A stretch of 64,000 nt of DNA from Phoronis australis (taxonomy: Eukaryota; Animalia; Phoronida), in NCBI GenBank assembly GCA_002633005.1, contig NMRA01000501.1, positions 226,911-290,910 of the forward strand. Reading direction: 5' to 3'. The notes beneath the pieces are model-generated. The model saw nothing but the letters and a program-made list of their open reading frames with translations. It made no database searches and was not told where the DNA came from. Below are positions 1-13,800 of this stretch, piece after piece (positions within the stretch are counted from its first letter, which is position 1; each line of letters starts with the position of its first letter). The translations under genes and the position numbers were made by a program.

Positions 1-949
1 TACGACCGCTCATCGAAATAATGTACACTCACGAAATTCGGACACTAGCGGAAACCCAAATTTGGAGGTCCGCCAAATTCGGACACCACAGAAATGATGT
101 TTCGCGAGATTCGTCCAAGAATGAATTTTTTCTATTGGAATTAATTTTCAGTGTCCGAAAATCACGCGACTTTACCGTAAGGCCAAGTAATGCCCATTCA
201 ACACAACCTCACATACATGTATTTGCAGACACGATTCGGTTTTCACTATCCATAGAAAGGTGAACTCTGACGCTCGTGCTATTGCAAGTCGTGTTAAAGT
301 TCTAAATATTTTACTTCATAGCCTAGAAATTAGGGATTCAAATTTCGCATCTAAAACCATTCATCAAGATTTGCAAAAAAATGGAAGAGACGTGTCAATT
401 GAAACGAAGGGTAGTGACACATCGGTCATACACGGAGATTTTCCTTAAGGGAGGCGGATGATGGGAAATCTCTCTATGGGTCACTAATTTAAAGCAATTG
501 ATTTCGTGATTCATGGTCGCATTTTTCACGACTTTTGTCACCAATTCTTCACCAATCCGTTGTTGCCCAGATACAGTACACGAGCACGGATTGGGTTTAA
601 TTCTACTTTTCACGACAGCCTGATGCACAAAAGCAGAATGACCCTGAAGAACATACAAGTCATGCTTAATGGTAATGAAAACCTGCAGCTTCACATTCAC
701 GTACGCCAAAAATGCCGGTCCTTGTGTCATTTTTGCACATCGCGACTGAGCTTAGCTCTCTCGTCGAGTATGATATACTTAAAAGAATACTTAATCCTGA
801 TTTTTGATGATTTCAACCAATCCTCGTTTTACCCCATGCAAATGCTACTTTGGCGTCTCACTTTAGTTATAAAGAGTGGTTCAAGTGAAAACACTTACTC
901 ACTATGTCACAGAATGCATGTTGTGGTTCTGTGGTGGGTGGAGTTTCCT

Positions 950-1131
950 TACAATTGACCTATCGCCAGGATTTTGAGCGACGACTTAACTGACCATTTG
1001 GAACACAGCATTCTTGACATCTTCGTTTCCAAGCCGCCATTTTACCCGTCAAACAACACGTTGTCAGGTAAAACATATTGTTTTTTGTCTACTTAAGGCA
1101 AGTAGGCGAAGCTGTCGATAGGTCAATTGTA
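950..1131. mobile_element. MITE with TIR TACAATTGACCTATCG
   Basis: 16-bp terminal inverted repeats at 950-965 and 1116-1131. Related copies at 27640-27817 and, inverted and truncated, at ~21190-21332. Confidence 0.8.
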
Positions 1132-2724
1132 GTGTACATGTACCTATAGTAACCTAAAACATAGAGTAGGTCACGCTTGTCCGTTTAGCAGAATGCAGAT
1201 TTCAAAATTTGCTCCAAACTTTTGAGGATTGACAAGTGTTACAGAGCACTATTTTGTCTCAAGAATTGTTCATATAAGTAAATAGGTCAAAAGTGGCTTT
1301 AGTAGCCTTTTAAGGGTTCTCAGTGGAATTCATCTAATGAACTGGTAAAACGATTGTTTACGACGTTGTGGGTAAATACAGTGAGGATGGAGAGTGTCGC
1401 TGTCTAATCCGGGACGGCATTGTTGCGTTGAACAGACATCATTGTAACAGTGCAAGTTTGAATCACGTCGGTTTACACACCTTTAGACGACACTACGTTG
1501 TTATAGTTATGTTGACACGCCGGGAAGTCTGCGCCACCAGGATACACAACAATACCTGATTGAGAAAAGAAGAAGATTTTTTGTAACAGAAGAACGGAAG
1601 ATTTAACAATTTAACCATCATAATTCGTTCATTTTCTTTTTTGAAAAGCAAGATATCTGTTTGCAGGATGTGTAGTTCTTTCTAGAATCATCATACAGTA
1701 TCCACGAAGACGTTTACCCCGTATATATAAATAAGCATTAAAAGACAAGGTAAAGAAATGACGGTAATAGAGAACTTTCGAGTTGGCATGCCTAGAATAT
1801 TATATGGTAGACATATGGGTATCTTGCAGTTAGTTCTTATTTACCTGTACGGCAAGTAACGAAAATATTTGTCACTTCTAGTTCATATAATTCACCCACT
1901 CTACATCCGGAAGGTAAAAGAATGATGATTCTCTCTATGTATTTACATTATGACTTCCCACCAGCGTGAAAGCAAGGCTTGAACCGCTATAAATACGCCA
2001 TCCTTCAAATAGGCAACATCTCGTGAGTTAGATCACTTGCGGTTGTCCAACTGGTATCCTGTTCCTGACTTACATGTAAACTGGAGGTCATTTTGGGGTT
2101 TGGGACAATGAACAAATAAGAGTTCTTTATCGCTTGCGTCGTACAAGCTCAACAGCCTTACGAAACAACGATTGAACTCCCAGTTCTTTCAATGAGAAAC
2201 GGAGAGGGAGAGAGATAAGTGAAAGTGGTTCTTTAATCAAGCATCCTAGTTATTAATTTAGAGCAATTTATATGTACCTCGACTGATTTAGATTAATTGA
2301 TCTCGATACGTTTCAGTGTTGCTGACTTGAATTACATGTACCTAGAGAGATATGTAATAAAGCTAATTACTTCTGTCTATAAAATAATTCACTAATCTAA
2401 TCTATTGGCTCACCAGGAGAGGAAAGTTTTTGAAACAGAATCGAATTTCAACGGAGGATATTGCCAACAGAAGCTATGCGAGTTACTTCTGTGCAAACTG
2501 GCAACAAGGCGGCCATTAATGCATCATGATTCTGTATTGCGCCGGTAAACGTTCGAGTGATCAGACCTCCAGCAGGTTTCCGTTAGAAGAGTTTATGTAC
2601 ATGTATAGAGAATTTGATAAACGCCAAATGTTAAAAAGTGTTCACCTACTAATTGGCCGTTAAGGTACACGTCGTTATCCCATATACATGTACGCATTGA
2701 ATCAGTCCCAGTCCAGTGCAATAC

Positions 2725-3022
2725 GGCCACGTGTTGTTTATCACGCTTTCGTATTGGTTAAAGTAATGAAACTGACGTCATGCAGTCATTCCCATTAATT
2801 ATTGGTTGAAATCTCTGAAAAAAAATTTCAGTTTCCTGTTACGTAGTATGGCGACCACCTTTGACTGGAATACTTGCAATTTATTAAAACGGGCAATGAT
2901 CGAAGTGTGCAAGTAGTGGCGATGTGATCGATAAACTTCCAACAAAGCATGCCCACACACGGATCCCGTGTGTTGTTCATCATGTTTTCACAGGGCCTCT
3001 CTTCAGTATAGGTGGCGCTGTG
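2725..3022 (-). repeat. Interspersed ~400-bp repeat family, inverted copy with internal deletion
   Basis: Reverse complement aligns by eye to 32490-32880, 34450-34842 and 60135-60515 (cagcgccacctat...gaaaacatgatgaac...ggaagtttaYcgatcacatcgcc...aaaggtggt..ccatactacgtaa). Confidence 0.8.
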
Positions 3023-5170
3023 TTAGAGGGTATACGGCTACGTGATACTGTTTCCCGTATCCCCATCACTACTTCAACAGTGACCAACATGGAAAGTTAA
3101 CTACTTCGAGCATCAAACTTTCCCAAAATAGTTTAAAGCAATACCGTTGCAGCAGTGCAAATAACACTCGACATGCAATCAGGTCCCAAAGGTAACATCT
3201 GGAACAAATCTGTTAAGTATAAGACACTTCTGTCTCAGTTTTCGATTACAAAATATTATATCGTCCGCAACTCAGGCGCCGATTCCGCGGTAACTGCAAT
3301 ATCAATTATTATTGTTATTTAACTATTTTCATGAAATATTACACGTTCAATGCACAATTACCATTGTTTTGATCTTTGTTATCTCTCTTCATGTAAAAAC
3401 TTGTTACATTTAACCTTCATTTGTTTCTTTTTCTAGAGAAAATTTGTAATCTGACGCGCAAGTGCTTACACATTGGATGTGATCCGCCACGTGAACAGTC
3501 TGAGTGAAGTATTTGAATACTTATATTCGATACTAGTTACATGTATAAATATACAGTTCTATGTATACTACTTTCATCTATGTACTGTCTACAACTGAGA
3601 TATATAATGCTTCGGGATTTCTGGGTTTGTCATTATTTCCTTGTATGTTCTGTGTATTCGTCAATAAGTGTATATCACCTTTAAAAAAGTATTTTAAAAA
3701 TCTGCTGAAAAAAGAAAGAAAATTAGGAATTTGAAGCGTTTGGGATAAATACAAAACGTACCTCGATTGGCGTAGATGAAGTAACATCCCACCCGACGTT
3801 ATTACGCGGAATAATATCTCGTGGTATATTACTTCATCTACGCCACTCTTGGTGCGTTTTATGTACATTTATGTAAATGACGTTTTCACTCTGAAATGTT
3901 TTCTCGAAGAATCGATTGACAGACCACAAGGAACCAGTGTCACCTGCAAAGTCGAGATTTTAGTAAGAAGGTATTTTCTACTAACACAGAGAAAGTCCTA
4001 ACAAGGTGGATGCAGGGAAAGTCGTTAATTCTGCGAAGTCTATCCTCGTTTCCTCCCACACGAACACGTGCTTCTTCCCACAGTAACAACTGTTTTTTAA
4101 AGAACATTATTCGTTTTAAGTACGACAGTCATTTCCTTACTAGCATGTTTGTACGCACGACCTCACTTTTTCCTGCTCAGTTTTTTCATTAACTCTTTGT
4201 TTGCTTGAAAAGAAATACATGTACATGTATGTTCACAAGAAAAGGACTGTGGCGAGTCTTGTAAATTTTTTTGTTTATTTTTAAGAAGTGTTTTTAAATT
4301 TCCTCTGAGGTTTCATATAAACTGTTTTCACAAAAACACAGCGTTTTAAAGTAACTAATATGTATCCATACACAACCGTGTGGCATTGATAAAGTGACCA
4401 CAGACGGTGTAACTGCAACTTTAGAGACGTTGAAATTTTCATTTGGTTTGGCCTTATACAAGCAAGAATCCCGCTTATTCTAACTTACAACTACTATAAT
4501 GCCTTCCATCGCAAAAACCAATTTTGCATTCAGAGCACTTATCGTAATCAAATTGATATGAAATTGTTCCAAAGTCAAATTAGTTCGTACATCTGTACGC
4601 GTACATGTCCTTGCTGAGGCCATGTTCTACAAGTTGGCTGCCATGACAGGCCACATTATACGCCAACCTTGCTCTCAAGGAATCGCGAACATTCAGTTCT
4701 TTAAAAATCCAGAAATCATCTCATCTGAGTAATCAAATATTGTCATTTCAATGGAACTGTCCATGTCTTCCATCAATAATTATGTTAATTTTACGTGCAT
4801 GTACCGGTAACCGTATGACTACTGATTGGATACCAAGAAGCTTACATGTATTTCTTGTGAGGGAAACAGTCTACTTCCACACGGCGTGTTCATAGAATTG
4901 AAGAAAGTGAGCATTTTCAATGACTTAGCTACGATCTTGCATTGATCCTTTTACGAAAAGTGAAAACTAATACGTTTGCTTTCATTGCATTAGTTTGTGG
5001 GATATCAAACCAAGAAAATGACGTTTGTTCAAAGAAAATAAACACGGAAACTACTAGAATCATAGCATCGAAGTCTATAGATTGTCTTAGGAATTCTTCG
5101 AAATAACCAAAATCCCACAACTTAAATTCACGGCATACTCAGTTGGCACTAGTCAATGGAATTGACTTAA

Positions 5171-6844
5171 AGGAGAATGCCACCCGATTTAATTAGTGTT
5201 TTTTTCTGTCTTAATCTTTATATATTCACATCACCTCCGCGGTTGATGATACCTCCCCGAGAGGTGTCGCGTTAACCTGTGAGGAAGGTGAGAAACGACG
5301 CAGCGACGTCACTGGTTCTTCTGCAGAGTAAGTGCCACTATGGTGTCGTGTATCGTTTCCGCTTGTGGGAACTATGAAGTTGCTAGGAAAGCGGGTATAT
5401 CGTTTTTTCGATTTCCTCGAGAGTCCATAATGTTTTGAAAGGGGCTCGCGGTAGTGAAGAATGTACAGAAGGTCGTTAACACCAAGTATGAGGCCGTGAA
5501 ACTTCTCCGTGTCTTTCAGTGGCCTTTGGTCGGATAGGTTGTTGATCAGTTTTTGAATATGGAGAATAGTAGTTGGCCATGAAAACATTTAATTCAAGGC
5601 GTGAGAACATAACGTTTTATATAGCCTGTTTGAGGACTGACTCGTTCGTGAAGCTTCTGCCTGGTCCTCTAGGTGTAGGATGTTTTCGCCAGTTTATTTT
5701 CTCAGCCCTAAAAACGTCGTAAGCAGGCCTCTTTTTATAACCGGTGCAAAATCAGGATGGTCCGTGAGACACGTGTGCTTCTCCAATGGAGGCGTTTCAC
5801 TTGCAGAATTTCGTGGCAGCAAACGCAAGTATCAGTCGTTTCCGTTATCGTGCAGTTAACTAACTGACGCCATGCGATTTGCCATGTTTGACGTTTATTA
5901 TTGAGCGTTCTGTTTCAAAACGAATTATTCTCACCCTAACCAATGCTTATATAAAACTGAAACATTAGATACAATTGGTAATGCCTTGGAGTATTCGTGA
6001 GTGCAAATGTTTTGAGAAGCCAGCAATGAATAAATTACTGCGTTACCGACTTTAGATGCAATAAACTAATTGACTGGGCACCGAGTCCGTGTGAGCGCCT
6101 TCTAATTCAGTGTTTTTAAATTGCTGACAGAAACCTGTTGCGAAACAATAGCTCAATTTTTTTTCTTATGGTCAGCTGTTAGAGGAATGTTTATTTAGAT
6201 ATTCATATACATTATTCGAATCATTGTGACTATTCAACTTTTGTCCAGACGGTTCTGTGGAAGGGTAACCTAACTTCGCGGCTCCCCATGCGACGGGCTA
6301 GTAAATACTGTAGATTTTGCGGCTAATTCACCAAAATAGCCACATGCTCATATTACTTTGGCTTACTAGTATAGTCTTTTCGCCACTGGAAGCTCAGTTT
6401 CCAAGTTTAATTGACTGCCGGTTATGTCGGTGATGTCTTCAGTCCGGCCGCGATGGACCTGATAGGGTTCCGAGCCTTTGGTTGGCATAGCAAGCGTTTC
6501 GTTTTTTAGAAATGAAAAAATCGCAAGTCTAAAATTACAACACACAGCTATAATGTTCCCCTATCTGTAGTTCAGCGAACTGACCCCCTACCGAACTTTG
6601 TAGGTTTCGGTACGTTCAAATACCTAAAACTCCGTAACAGCGAAATAAAATAACACGTTTGTTCAATAACTTGATGTATTTGTAAGGGTTTTACATCGAA
6701 TTTTGATGCTGAAAAGACAGCACTCGAACATCTGACGTCATTGGTTAATTTTAACACCTCCGTCTGCCGTCAGGTGTTGTTATCGAGTGGAACTACTCGA
6801 TCTAAATTGATGTAAACTAGGTTGTTTTTGGGCGACATTCTTCT
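5171..6844. mobile_element. Kolobok-type DNA transposon (non-autonomous) with decayed KolX/P2X7-ballast-like ORF
   Basis: TTAA at 5167-5170 and 6845-6848, AG...CT termini, imperfect TIR (aggagaatgccaccc / gggcgacattcttct). Minus strand ~5640-5872 translates with frameshifts to WRQLVNCTITETTDTCVCCHEI...KHTCLTDHPDFAPVI. Partial second copy at 33421-34255. Confidence 0.75.
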
Positions 6845-6948
6845 TTAAATGAGTTGACAGGGTCTGTACATGCATTTTCGCGTGTGGCGTGTGTGAATAG
6901 GTTAGGTGCTAAGGGTAAGACGTCTCGGTGTAACGGTTGGCTACTCAC

Positions 6949-7243
6949 CCGGTGCTGTGTAGTTCCTGACGTGCTCTAATTGAACAGACGTCACTGGGTG
7001 ATTCAAAGAGTTGATGAGGTCATACGCCATGAAAAAGGACGCCACGCACGCCAGTACCGCCAACAGCGTGTAAACAACGAACAAAGCAATTCTCATACAT
7101 TGTCGTCTCCACGTGCCTGCCTCGAAGTCTTCGACTTCTGAATAAATCGATCTCTCCTCTGGTGGAGGTATCATCTTTATGGAAGATTGGCACTTTATAC
7201 CGTCTTTAAAAGCGACAGAGTCCGTCAAGCAACAGGACATTAC
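6949..7243 (-). CDS. PACC1: PACC1-like exon encoding TM1 and start of ectodomain (intact reading frame)
   Basis: tttacAG acceptor and GTGAGT donor. 295 nt, phase 0 to phase 1. Hydrophobic helix followed by HPVTSVQLEHVRNYTAPG. Confidence 0.85.
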
Positions 7244-10200
7244 CTGTAAACAAAATTAATTCATCGCTCTGATCAGCATCACAATTTTCGCAACCATTCA
7301 GGGTGTACAAGGGGGCCATTCCCCCGCCCCTAAAATTCACCCCGATTCTATTTGGAAGTTCGGGGCTGTGAATGTCTCAGTGACAGGTAAAACCCTGGCT
7401 GATGGGCCTACTCTGCCCTTCCCCCCAGCTCAAAATTCTGGATTCGCCCGTGGCTCATTACCAGGTCCATCTTGACATCCACCCCTGTCATGGAAGACTT
7501 ATCTGGAGCTCGTTCTGTAAACTTGAGGGTCTCACAAAAACGAAACAATCGCAAGCTAGTCACGTGATCACACAAGCTTTACTATCGAAATTCTTGCGTC
7601 TACAAAACGCATCCCCGCTTTGTTTCATATTAACTCCGCCTTCAAACACATGAGTCGAAACGTCAGTTACGAAGGTAAAGCTAGCCCACGTGCTGTGTGA
7701 TATCACTGTTAGGATTTGCGTATACATCATGTAGACTGCATATGCTTCTTTCAATACACAAAAACATGAATTTAAACAATGTTTCTTAAGATGGACCTGT
7801 ATGCGACTAGCAAGACTTCCTTGGACGGATTTTTTGACTTTAGATATATTGAGCTACAAAAATACTTCCACATATATTTTAGAACGGGATTTAATCACTC
7901 AAAAATATGCTCGTAATGACGTAGCCTTTTCCGGAGCACCATACTACAGAGCGTCACCGCGAGCACACAGAACAAAGAAGGAAAGGCCGAAAGTAGATGT
8001 ATCTGTTTCGACTACGTTCACAAATTTCACAACTGTCACTAATAGAAATTTGGAAATTCCTGAGAATTCTTTGTAATTTTACAAATTTCATGGTTCAGTT
8101 TTTTGGAGTAGCACGGAGCATTTACGACACAGTGTATGACTTGGTGGAATTCGGACGGAATCTCTACTACATGTATATGTATTCTTCGGGAATTGACTAA
8201 AAACTACACGCATTGATTGTGAATACCGCACAAAAACTATGAATCAGTTAGGAAACTACTGCTAAGTATATGCCCAATACATAATCGGGAACGATGAAAA
8301 ACGACTTCATTGCAATTACTAGTATTTTTTGTATTTTCAGTAAAAATACTCATACATGAAGTCTCACTTTCTTTGACGTCGGTTCGGAACGGGATACAAA
8401 TGAGTTAAGAATACACACGAACTCGTAAGATTTAATTACGAAGCAGTTACAAGTACACGTACATGTATGTAAACAGTCAACTACGAGTTTTCTTTTTAGC
8501 AGTTGCTGTGACTTATACGTGTATTGTCGCATACGACAAATACTGTAATGTCGGCCGGTTGACAATATATGTCGGCATTCACCGCAAATATTGTCGCACT
8601 CGGCAAATATTGTCGCCCGGGAGATAATTGTCGAATCCAGCAATATACGTCAACTCATTTCAGAGTAAAGCAACACCAAATTGTTTACGCCGGGGGGTTG
8701 GAGGGGCCCAGCTTCTCTTTCACCTAAACAACACAACCGCATGGAAAACCAACAACAAAACGCCACTTTTACATTCAGTGAGATAATTTTACTTTCATGT
8801 CTTTGATCAAAGAGCATGCAAGATTTGTGCTTTGTCAAAACTGTCTCCGACTATCCGATCAAAACGGTCCACGCACAAAAGAACTCGACTCGCGGACCAG
8901 TAAACTCAGCTCCTTGACTCACAAACATGACCTCTCACTCACAAAACACGGCTCATACACTGAAAACTTATACACGTGTCACGTGTGCGATTCAGAACCG
9001 TGCCGTGGCATGAGTGGCGCAGCATTGAATTAATTAAGCGGAGGGCTAAAGCCTCCCCCGATCCCCCTATGATGCACCCCCCATGCGTGGGTGTTTTGTC
9101 AGTGCCGCGCTGTATCATAGCCAGTGAAAAACCTTACATCCCGACTCACAACCAGCACTCAAAAAACGAAACTTAGTGTCCGCATACCGCACGAGTAGTT
9201 CGAAAATGAAAACGCGCTGGACACCTGAATGTGGCGACAATGTAAGCGGCGGCACCCAGATACATTATAACGTCGACGTTATTTTTTAGTTAGTGTAGGT
9301 CGTTGTACCTGCAAAATGGCGAGATGTCAAGGCATTTGCGGGTAGAAAGGCACGTTCGTGTACATGTAAGTTTACTATTAATACAGATCCTCGTCAACAA
9401 CACGCTGTCGGTATGTACGAGTAGGCCTATACATGTACGTTTCAAAAGCGGGGCATTCTGGTACCGCTGTGGCGGTATGTACGACAAGGCTACAAAAAGC
9501 CTGACAGTTTACGTGTACCCAATCGGGACAGTGGGTAAGTATAGGTCAATGATTCGTGTTTCTGATTCAAAGACTGTGTTTTCAGTGTACAAACTACGTT
9601 CTATGAGTCCGTGCGGTAGGTGACACTTGAGTCAGTCAACTGGGTTTACAGGTTAGTGAGTCAATTTTACTCGGAATAATTAGCAATATGGTAGACCAAA
9701 GATAAAGTTACAATCCCGTGGCAATAATTACTACGATCATTTTATTTGACCTCGAATAATTACCTCCCTTCTATGATTGTAACATTTACACAAATGCCGA
9801 TGGTCTGCATCAGTCTAAAATCGCGTGCTTTGATAAGAATCGTACTGCGTTTACTGATTCATCCCGACATGTTCACCAGCGCCTTGATACAGTCCATAGC
9901 TTTTGTGTTTCTAAGGCCAACGAAAAAAAATACGTGACCATTTCATGTACATTTCTGCAATGTACAAAACCCCCGGTCATCAACGTGCACCAGGGAACTG
10001 AAACACAACTGTTTTGCTAATCGCATTTCTTCGGGTAAAAATGATTCCAACCAAACGTTTTCAGAAAAGTGACCAGTTTTAGTCCACGACATAAATGTAC
10101 ATGTATAACTTAACCAGTTTAGCCAGTGTTTTATTGCTTTGAAGTCATCGCTTGCGCGGTAATTGCTCTACTTCACATAATGTGACCGAATAAACTCTGG

Positions 10201-10397
10201 ATCTCTTGGTTACAGCGGTTCTTGTACAACGTACAATGTTTGCTGAAACGGGTCGAGTTTCTAATGCACCAGTAAATCAACTGTACTCAATTTAATTTCA
10301 CAACGCAGCAAGAACACAAGTTGTGGATATGTACTACGAATTACAACACATTTCGTAACACTAATTCAGAGCAAGTGCTCGAACAGTAATCGACGTT

Positions 10398-10814
10398 CAG
10401 TGCCCGATTGCATAAAACAGTCCTAATTAGTGTGTCAACTAAGTTCTCTAAATCTACTGCGTATTTGTAGGCTTGTGAAAACTGTTATATCTCCTTACCA
10501 AGTCATTATTTGACTTAGATATGAATCAAGAGGAAACTATCAGTTCAATTCTTAATATTATTGAAAATAAGTAGGGATCTTTTCAAGCAACGCACCTAAT
10601 TTAAGGACTTAATCCCTAATTATTATGACTTAATTGAGGGCTCAGTTGTTAGTTATATTATTAGAAAATGTCATTAGTCAAAGAGGGACTCATCATCAAG
10701 ATAAAATGATAGAAAAATATAACATCTGAGAGTGAAAAGAGAAACAAATACGCAACAGATTTAGGGAACTTAGTTGAGTCCCTATTTGGGCTTGCTTCAT
10801 GCAACCGGGCACTG
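10398..10814. mobile_element. MITE with TIR CAGTGCCCG(A/G)TTGCAT
   Basis: Terminal inverted repeats cagtgcccgattgcataaa / ttcatgcaaccgggcactg. An inverted fragment of its right half recurs at ~31072-31215. Confidence 0.75.
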
Positions 10815-13800
10815 AAGGTCTTTAGCTCTGCTAGAGTTTAACACTGACAGGGGGAAACCTCCCGCTAATCTAGACATGTAAACGGTGTTAGCATGACTCC
10901 GATGCATCGAATTGTCTCCTTTATGCACTAGCGTGTGTTCATGCACTCTCACATGGTTAGGTACATACTTACTCCAAATTCAGGAGTGTTCTCTCGTCCG
11001 AAGTTCTACTGACTCGTCCAGCTCTTCTGATTCGCTAATCTGCCGGTAAACATCATGGTGCAGCCTCGACATGAACTACCAGAAGTTAAAATAATGACAA
11101 CTTCTTGAATGCGATTGTTCGTTCAACTGACACTTTACATGTACTTACTATCAATGGTATTTTAAATCTTTTCAGTCGTTTTTTAGCAAGATGGATGTGA
11201 TGAAAAACATCAGGACCTCAACACGGCAGATGTGATCGACCGCAGAGAGTAAGTTCCTAAAACGTCAACGATCTCTATTGAGCGGTGTCCCCTTGCTTTA
11301 CAGCCTTGATAACTGTGCTCAATTGCCCGGCACAATTAGATTGTTAGTCCGCTAGCCCTATTTTACAACAATTTGTTTTTGAATGATGCCAGAAATAGAT
11401 AAAAAACGAATACAACTGCGGTCAGGCTCACAACGTTTGCATTGTTATACTCGTTCACATCATCGCACTTTCGGTTTGATTAATAATTAAAATTCTTTTT
11501 ACAAAAAACAACTAAAACGAGTCAAATACAATGCAGAGTAAGTAAATTATGCCGAACAGACCAAAACGCATTCAAAATGGCATCTTTCCACTTTAAGCCA
11601 AACCGCGGTATCGATGGTCTTGTAGTAAGAGTTTCAGTCGACTGCATCAATTTCATTTCGTGGCTGATTTTTTATAACCGAGATGGGATTTCTGCATCGG
11701 TTGCTATGCATTAACGCAGTAACGTATGATCTCATTTAATTGACTTGAGCATTCAGTGTACACCACCGATTAACGATTAACCGGTGACTTCAGCTCCCGT
11801 TAATTCAGTGACTCAGGTGCGTCTGCTTCTTAAAGCCGAACTCGAGAATTGCATAGCATAGTAGTCTATAGATCTGTATAATCGAATATTCAATTCAGTG
11901 CAAATCTTTAAGTTATATCGTAAATCTTCAGAATAGTACTTCTGACATCGAATTAATCTCCATTAAAGCTGTTCATTGTGATTCCAGTATCTAACGGAAG
12001 TTGAAGTAATTTTCAAAATCATTCTTCAAATCTATCAATTCGGGCCCACGATTCAAGGGCTCACTGGTGTTTTTCATTGGTCTAAGCTACATGTAGCCCC
12101 TCACATACAGTATTAGGGAATACCCCCCAAGTCGTAAAATTTGGGCAACGGACCCCTGCAATGCTTTACAATGGACTAGACTGGTATGGGGAGTCATAGC
12201 CTCGATTTGGAAACCTCTTCCGTCCTGCAGCACTGTATTTAAACTGAAGCTGCAGGCATTTTGCAGAAATTGGATAGGTACTGGGGGTAGGCCAGGTTTG
12301 GACGGAAGGTTTGAGATACATGTAGATAGTGAAAGCAGGTTCAGTTAATCTGTTTTGCTTCCGTTCGTAAATATTTTGGAAATGACAAACGTCTACTACA
12401 TGTAGTTTTGATTTGATTGCACTTTTCTTCACAATTGGCTGCGTAACGACTGAGAAATCTACTGTGATTTCAGGTAGCCTTCAACCATCCGAGAATAGAA
12501 AAATGTCTAATTCATGGGAGCTTATGAGGTCCACATTTTTTGGAATATGTGCAAGCAATTTGCTTTCAGGAAAGTGGTGTTTTGGGGCTGAAAAACCATT
12601 TTGTCACTTTTTTCGGAAATTGGCTTCTTTTTCGGTGACAATGAAAAGCCCAAAAGCGAAACTGAATCTGCGATCAGGTGCTCTTGGTGTGAAATGACTC
12701 AGAACTTCTCAGTTAGTTCGACAGAGTGGAAGGAAGGCAATATGTGCAGTGGTGTGTCCTCCGCCAGGCAAAACCCAGTAAAATCTATAAATTATCTCAT
12801 GTGGAGTTAAAAACAAACGGAAGATTTTCATAGTAGATGTCCATTTCACCAGGGTGATTTCTAAGTCACTCTTGTGGATGTTGGTACCTCGTTCATTTGT
12901 GTTAAGTGCTCTGGGCGGCCAGTCTATTAGTCCCTTGCCACCAATAAATATTGCTAATCATTGAGAGTAAAACGCTTGGCGGGCATGTAGTAGTAAGAAA
13001 ATAGCGAAATAGTTTGCATACGCGGGTCACAATTGAGCCTTACAACCCAGCTTTGCGCGCAGTTGCACCTGTTTTGTCAGGAAAGAAATTCCAATGGCCG
13101 TCACGTGCGTGTTGTGGCACTATGCTGAGTTACCCGCATTGGCGAAACGTCGCAGATTTAATGTCATTCAGTTATGCCGAAGACAAGAGGATTGGGATTT
13201 GAATCACCAACAATGATACTCCTCTTGGCTTTGAACATCCTTTGGCCATTTTTTCAATTGATGATGGCGGCTAATGGGTTAACAAAAACGGATAGTACCG
13301 CGACCGGCTTGGCACGGGTGTACCCCTTATTAATTTATATTTCCTCGTGATAAGGCAAGCGCAAAGGAGGATGGAAATTACATCTCCCTCTCAACAGGAT
13401 TGGAAATTTTGCCAGACGATCTAACGGAGAACATACACGTATACTGTAGTAAATATCGGTAACTTTCATGATCACCTCTTGGACTACCTTTTTCTTAAAA
13501 AAGAGTATGTTATAGAACGCACAATCATACGAAATGTGCAACTTTGGCTCGCAGACAGACTGTCGATCAGGATATTTAGCCACTATTGGTCCGTAGTTCG
13601 TTAAAAATAACTGCAGAAAGCCTAAACTTAGTGCATAATGTTGACAATTTTTTATTGCATTTCTTCGGGTAAAGTAACCCTAACCTAACTTTTTGCCCCC
13701 AAAATTTGATTTTGACTCAATTCAAGTAACAATTTGTACACTTAAATGTTTTTCTCACTTAATCACAAGCCTTCAAAACCGTAAGCTTAAAACTTAGTCA

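Larger units (their letters stand above)
210..11072 (-). pseudogene. PACC1: PACC1/TMEM206-like proton-activated chloride channel gene, apparently disrupted
   Basis: Exon 7243-6949 encodes ...QCMRIALFVVYTLLAVLACVASFFMAYDLINSLNHPVTSVQLEHVRNYTAP, matching PAC TM1 and the HPVxSVxxxEVxxYxAPG motif. It splices in phase 1 to an exon starting at 1555 (GIVVYPGGADFPACQHNY; human GIALYPGQAQLLSCKHHY), which hits an in-frame TAA at 1475-1473. Candidate upstream exons 11072-10973 (in-frame TGA at 10982-10980) and 7514-7462 are phase-compatible. A decayed C-terminal match (LAIARASEFTFLWIVKNR vs human LALFKAAEFAKLSIKWMIKIR) lies at ~230-290. Confidence 0.7.

Noticed and set aside
506-958. 150-aa plus-strand ORF
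   Set aside because: No recognisable motifs. It overlaps decayed PAC-like sequence on the opposite strand and ends in a MITE.
10980-10982. In-frame TGA as possible selenocysteine or readthrough codon
   Set aside because: No SECIS element seen, PAC channels are not known selenoproteins, and TAA/TAG stops downstream favour decay or a uORF.
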